Assembly: GCF_003018255.1 (NCBI RefSeq) | Contig: NZ_CP027440.1 | Strand: one strand, 5' to 3' | Length of the DNA stretch: 64,000 bases | Source: Escherichia coli | Lineage (GTDB): Bacteria > Pseudomonadota > Gammaproteobacteria > Enterobacterales > Enterobacteriaceae | Part shown: one piece after another, positions 61,865-64,000 of the stretch | Numbering within the stretch: position 1 is the first letter of the stretch | Layout: the number at the start of each line of letters is the position of its first letter | Translations under genes and position numbers: made by a program | Notes under the pieces: model-generated | The model's input: the letters and a program-made list of their open reading frames with translations, nothing else | What the model was told of the DNA's origin: nothing | Databases searched by the model: none

Positions 61865-62730
61865 CGACGGATCGGAATCAGCAGTTCACAGCGCAGATTA
61901 ATTGGGCGATCTCCCGCTTTGGCATCTTCTGCCGGGTAGTATCGCTCAATATCCTGACCTTTACGGCGCGTCAAGTTAAGCATTGGCATGCACGTTCCGT
62001 ATACCGTCAGGATAAACTCCTGCACGCCGGTTCCCAGACCTTCATAGGTAAACATCACATATTCGCCGCCCTGCAACATCACCGGATGCCCAGTCAGTAC
62101 ATAGCCATCTGCCTGATCCTGAGCTAACGCGGTGGTGTAGAACACCTCTTGTTCGTCGTCTTTATCCTGGCTCGGACGTGTTTCGTTCAAACCGTAAAGC
62201 ACTGGTGGAATGGTTGGCGAGTTGCCGAGAAAATCGTGCCAGAACTGGTAGCGCATTTCATGGCGGAAATCAGAGATTTGCTCCAGCGAACAGGAGTAGC
62301 TCTGGGTAACACCAATCAGCGGCGTATCTTCCAGGGTGACAAATTTGTGCTCTGGCATAGTGAATTCACCCAGACGCAGCGGCGGGCGAATACCAAAGGC
62401 GCTCCATTCAGGAGAACGGCGGTAAAGTGCAGGAGTCTGGGCAAACTGCTTCTTGAAAGCGCGGGTAAATGTCTGTTGAGAGTCGAAGCGGTATTGCAGC
62501 GCGATGTCCAGAATCGGACGCGCAGTCAGGCGTAGTGCGACCGCCGATTTCGACAAACGACGAGCACGAATATACGCGCCAATAGCATGGCCAGTGACAT
62601 CTTTAAACATTCTCTGTAAGTGCCACTTGGAATAACCTGCTTTCGCCGCTACATTGTCGAGCGACAGGGGCTGATCCAGATGACCTTCCAGCCAGATTAA
62701 AAGGTCGCGAATAATGCCGGCCTGATCCAT
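61861..62730 (-). CDS. rob: AraC/XylS-family right-origin-binding protein
   Basis: 289 aa with an N-terminal double HTH (…AAKAGYSKWHLQRMFKDVTG…). Its stop overlaps the gpmB stop inside GTTAAC. Confidence 0.96.
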   Translation of the reverse strand: MDQAGIIRDLLIWLEGHLDQPLSLDNVAAKAGYSKWHLQRMFKDVTGHAIGAYIRARRLSKSAVALRLTARPILDIALQYRFDSQQTFTRAFKKQFAQTPALYRRSPEWSAFGIRPPLRLGEFTMPEHKFVTLEDTPLIGVTQSYSCSLEQISDFRHEMRYQFWHDFLGNSPTIPPVLYGLNETRPSQDKDDEQEVFYTTALAQDQADGYVLTGHPVMLQGGEYVMFTYEGLGTGVQEFILTVYGTCMPMLNLTRRKGQDIERYYPAEDAKAGDRPINLRCELLIPIRR

Positions 62731-62940
62731 AAAATATCCTCATCCTTTCAACAACGAGCACCTGACATCAGGTAATTGGATAATAGCATTTTTTGCTGTT
62801 TTAGCATTCAGTGTTTTTTTCTTAGTAGAGTATGTTTTAGGGCTTGACGGAAATAAAAGTATTGAGATTTTGTTCTTAATCAATATGTTATTTACCGTGA
62901 CGAACTAATTGCTCGTGTAATAGATAAAAATGGTAACAAT

Positions 62941-63414
62941 ATGAAATACAAGCATTTGATCCTGTCTTTAAGCCTGATAATGCTGGGGCCATTGGCTCAT
63001 GCAGAAGAGATTGGTTCGGTCGACACCGTATTTAAAATGATCGGCCCGGATCACAAAATTGTTGTGGAAGCCTTTGACGATCCCGATGTGAAAAATGTCA
63101 CCTGTTATGTGAGTCGGGCGAAAACCGGTGGTATTAAAGGGGGATTGGGCCTGGCAGAAGATACCTCCGATGCGGCCATTTCTTGTCAACAAGTCGGGCC
63201 GATTGAACTGTCGGATCGTATTAAAAACGGCAAAGCTCAGGGCGAGGTAGTATTCAAAAAACGCACGTCCCTGGTCTTTAAGTCGTTACAGGTCGTGCGC
63301 TTTTATGACGCTAAACGCAACGCGCTCGCTTATCTGGCTTACTCCGACAAAGTTGTAGAAGGTTCGCCGAAAAACGCGATTAGCGCGGTTCCTGTCATGC
63401 CGTGGCGGCAATAA
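62941..63414 (+). CDS. creA: CreA periplasmic protein
   Basis: 157 aa with the signal peptide [21 protein letters not shown]. Confidence 0.93.
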
Positions 63415-63426
63415 CAGAGGCGATTT

Positions 63427-64000
63427 ATGCAACGGGAAACGGTCTGGTTAGTCGAAGACGAGCAAGGGATAGCCGATACGCTGGTCTACATGTTGCAACA
63501 GGAAGGTTTTGACGTCGAGGTCTTTGAGCGAGGCTTGCCAGTGCTGGATAAAGCTCGCCAGCAGGTTCCCGATGTCATGATTCTCGATGTTGGTTTGCCT
63601 GATATCAGCGGCTTTGAATTGTGCCGCCAGTTACTGGCGCTCCATCCGGCGTTACCTGTACTGTTCCTGACGGCCCGAAGTGAAGAGGTCGATCGCCTGC
63701 TTGGGCTGGAAATTGGCGCTGACGACTACGTGGCTAAACCGTTTTCACCTCGCGAAGTGTGCGCCAGAGTGCGCACCTTACTGCGTCGGGTGAAGAAGTT
63801 CTCGACGCCGTCTCCCGTTATCCGTATTGGTCATTTTGAATTGAATGAACCTGCGGCGCAGATCAGCTGGTTTGACACGCCATTAACGCTGACGCGGTAT
63901 GAGTTTTTATTGCTGAAGACGTTACTCAAGTCGCCGGGCCGCGTCTGGTCCCGCCAGCAACTGATGGATAGCGTGTGGGAAGATGCGCAGGACACCTACG
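63427..64000 (+). CDS. creB: Response regulator CreB (OmpR family), 3'-truncated by the window edge
   Basis: MQRETVWLVEDEQGIADTLVYMLQQEGF... contains the receiver domain with the phospho-acceptor region MILDVGLPD. The frame is open to 64000. Confidence 0.93.
   Translation, partial: MQRETVWLVEDEQGIADTLVYMLQQEGFDVEVFERGLPVLDKARQQVPDVMILDVGLPDISGFELCRQLLALHPALPVLFLTARSEEVDRLLGLEIGADDYVAKPFSPREVCARVRTLLRRVKKFSTPSPVIRIGHFELNEPAAQISWFDTPLTLTRYEFLLLKTLLKSPGRVWSRQQLMDSVWEDAQDTY

Noticed and set aside
61856-61866. The gpmB and rob stop codons overlap within the palindrome GTTAAC
   Set aside because: The arrangement is real but is a known, conserved convergent-gene layout in E. coli. It does not indicate a new element.

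Overview
The window is an Escherichia coli chromosomal segment that I recognise, from the translated ORFs and from memory, as collinear with the K-12 98-100 min region (yjiR/yjiS to creB). The conserved backbone runs yjiA-yjiX-btsT, tsr, lgoTRD, opgB, yjjA, dnaCT, yjjBP, yjjQ-bglJ, fhuF, yjjZ, leuQPV tRNAs, rsmC, holD-rimI-yjjG, prfC, osmY, ytjA, yjjUV, yjjWI, deoCABD, lplA, ytjB, serB, radA, nadR, ettA, slt, trpR, yjjX, gpmB, rob and creAB. Several segments differ from K-12 as I remember it. (1) The immigration-control region (about 450-10380) carries a DUF262/DUF1524 GmrSD-like enzyme, symE/SymR, a type I R-M system that looks like the EcoAI/EcoEI (type IB) family, an AT-rich orphan 7-TM protein where mrr would be, and a decayed BrnA-like fragment. 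(2) A 5.8 kb five-gene island (about 13977-19800) lies between btsT and tsr and is predicted to catabolise N-acyl-D-amino acids. (3) A small XRE-HTH orphan sits between deoD and lplA. (4) A 710 bp toxin-first RelE/HigB-like TA cassette lies between nadR and ettA, flanked by a TAATCAT direct repeat. (5) osmY carries a 1-nt insertion frameshift. I saw no CRISPR array, transposase, integrase or rRNA. The most interesting unexplained element is the orphan membrane protein divergent from hsdR. All homology statements rest on motif reading and memory, not on database searches.
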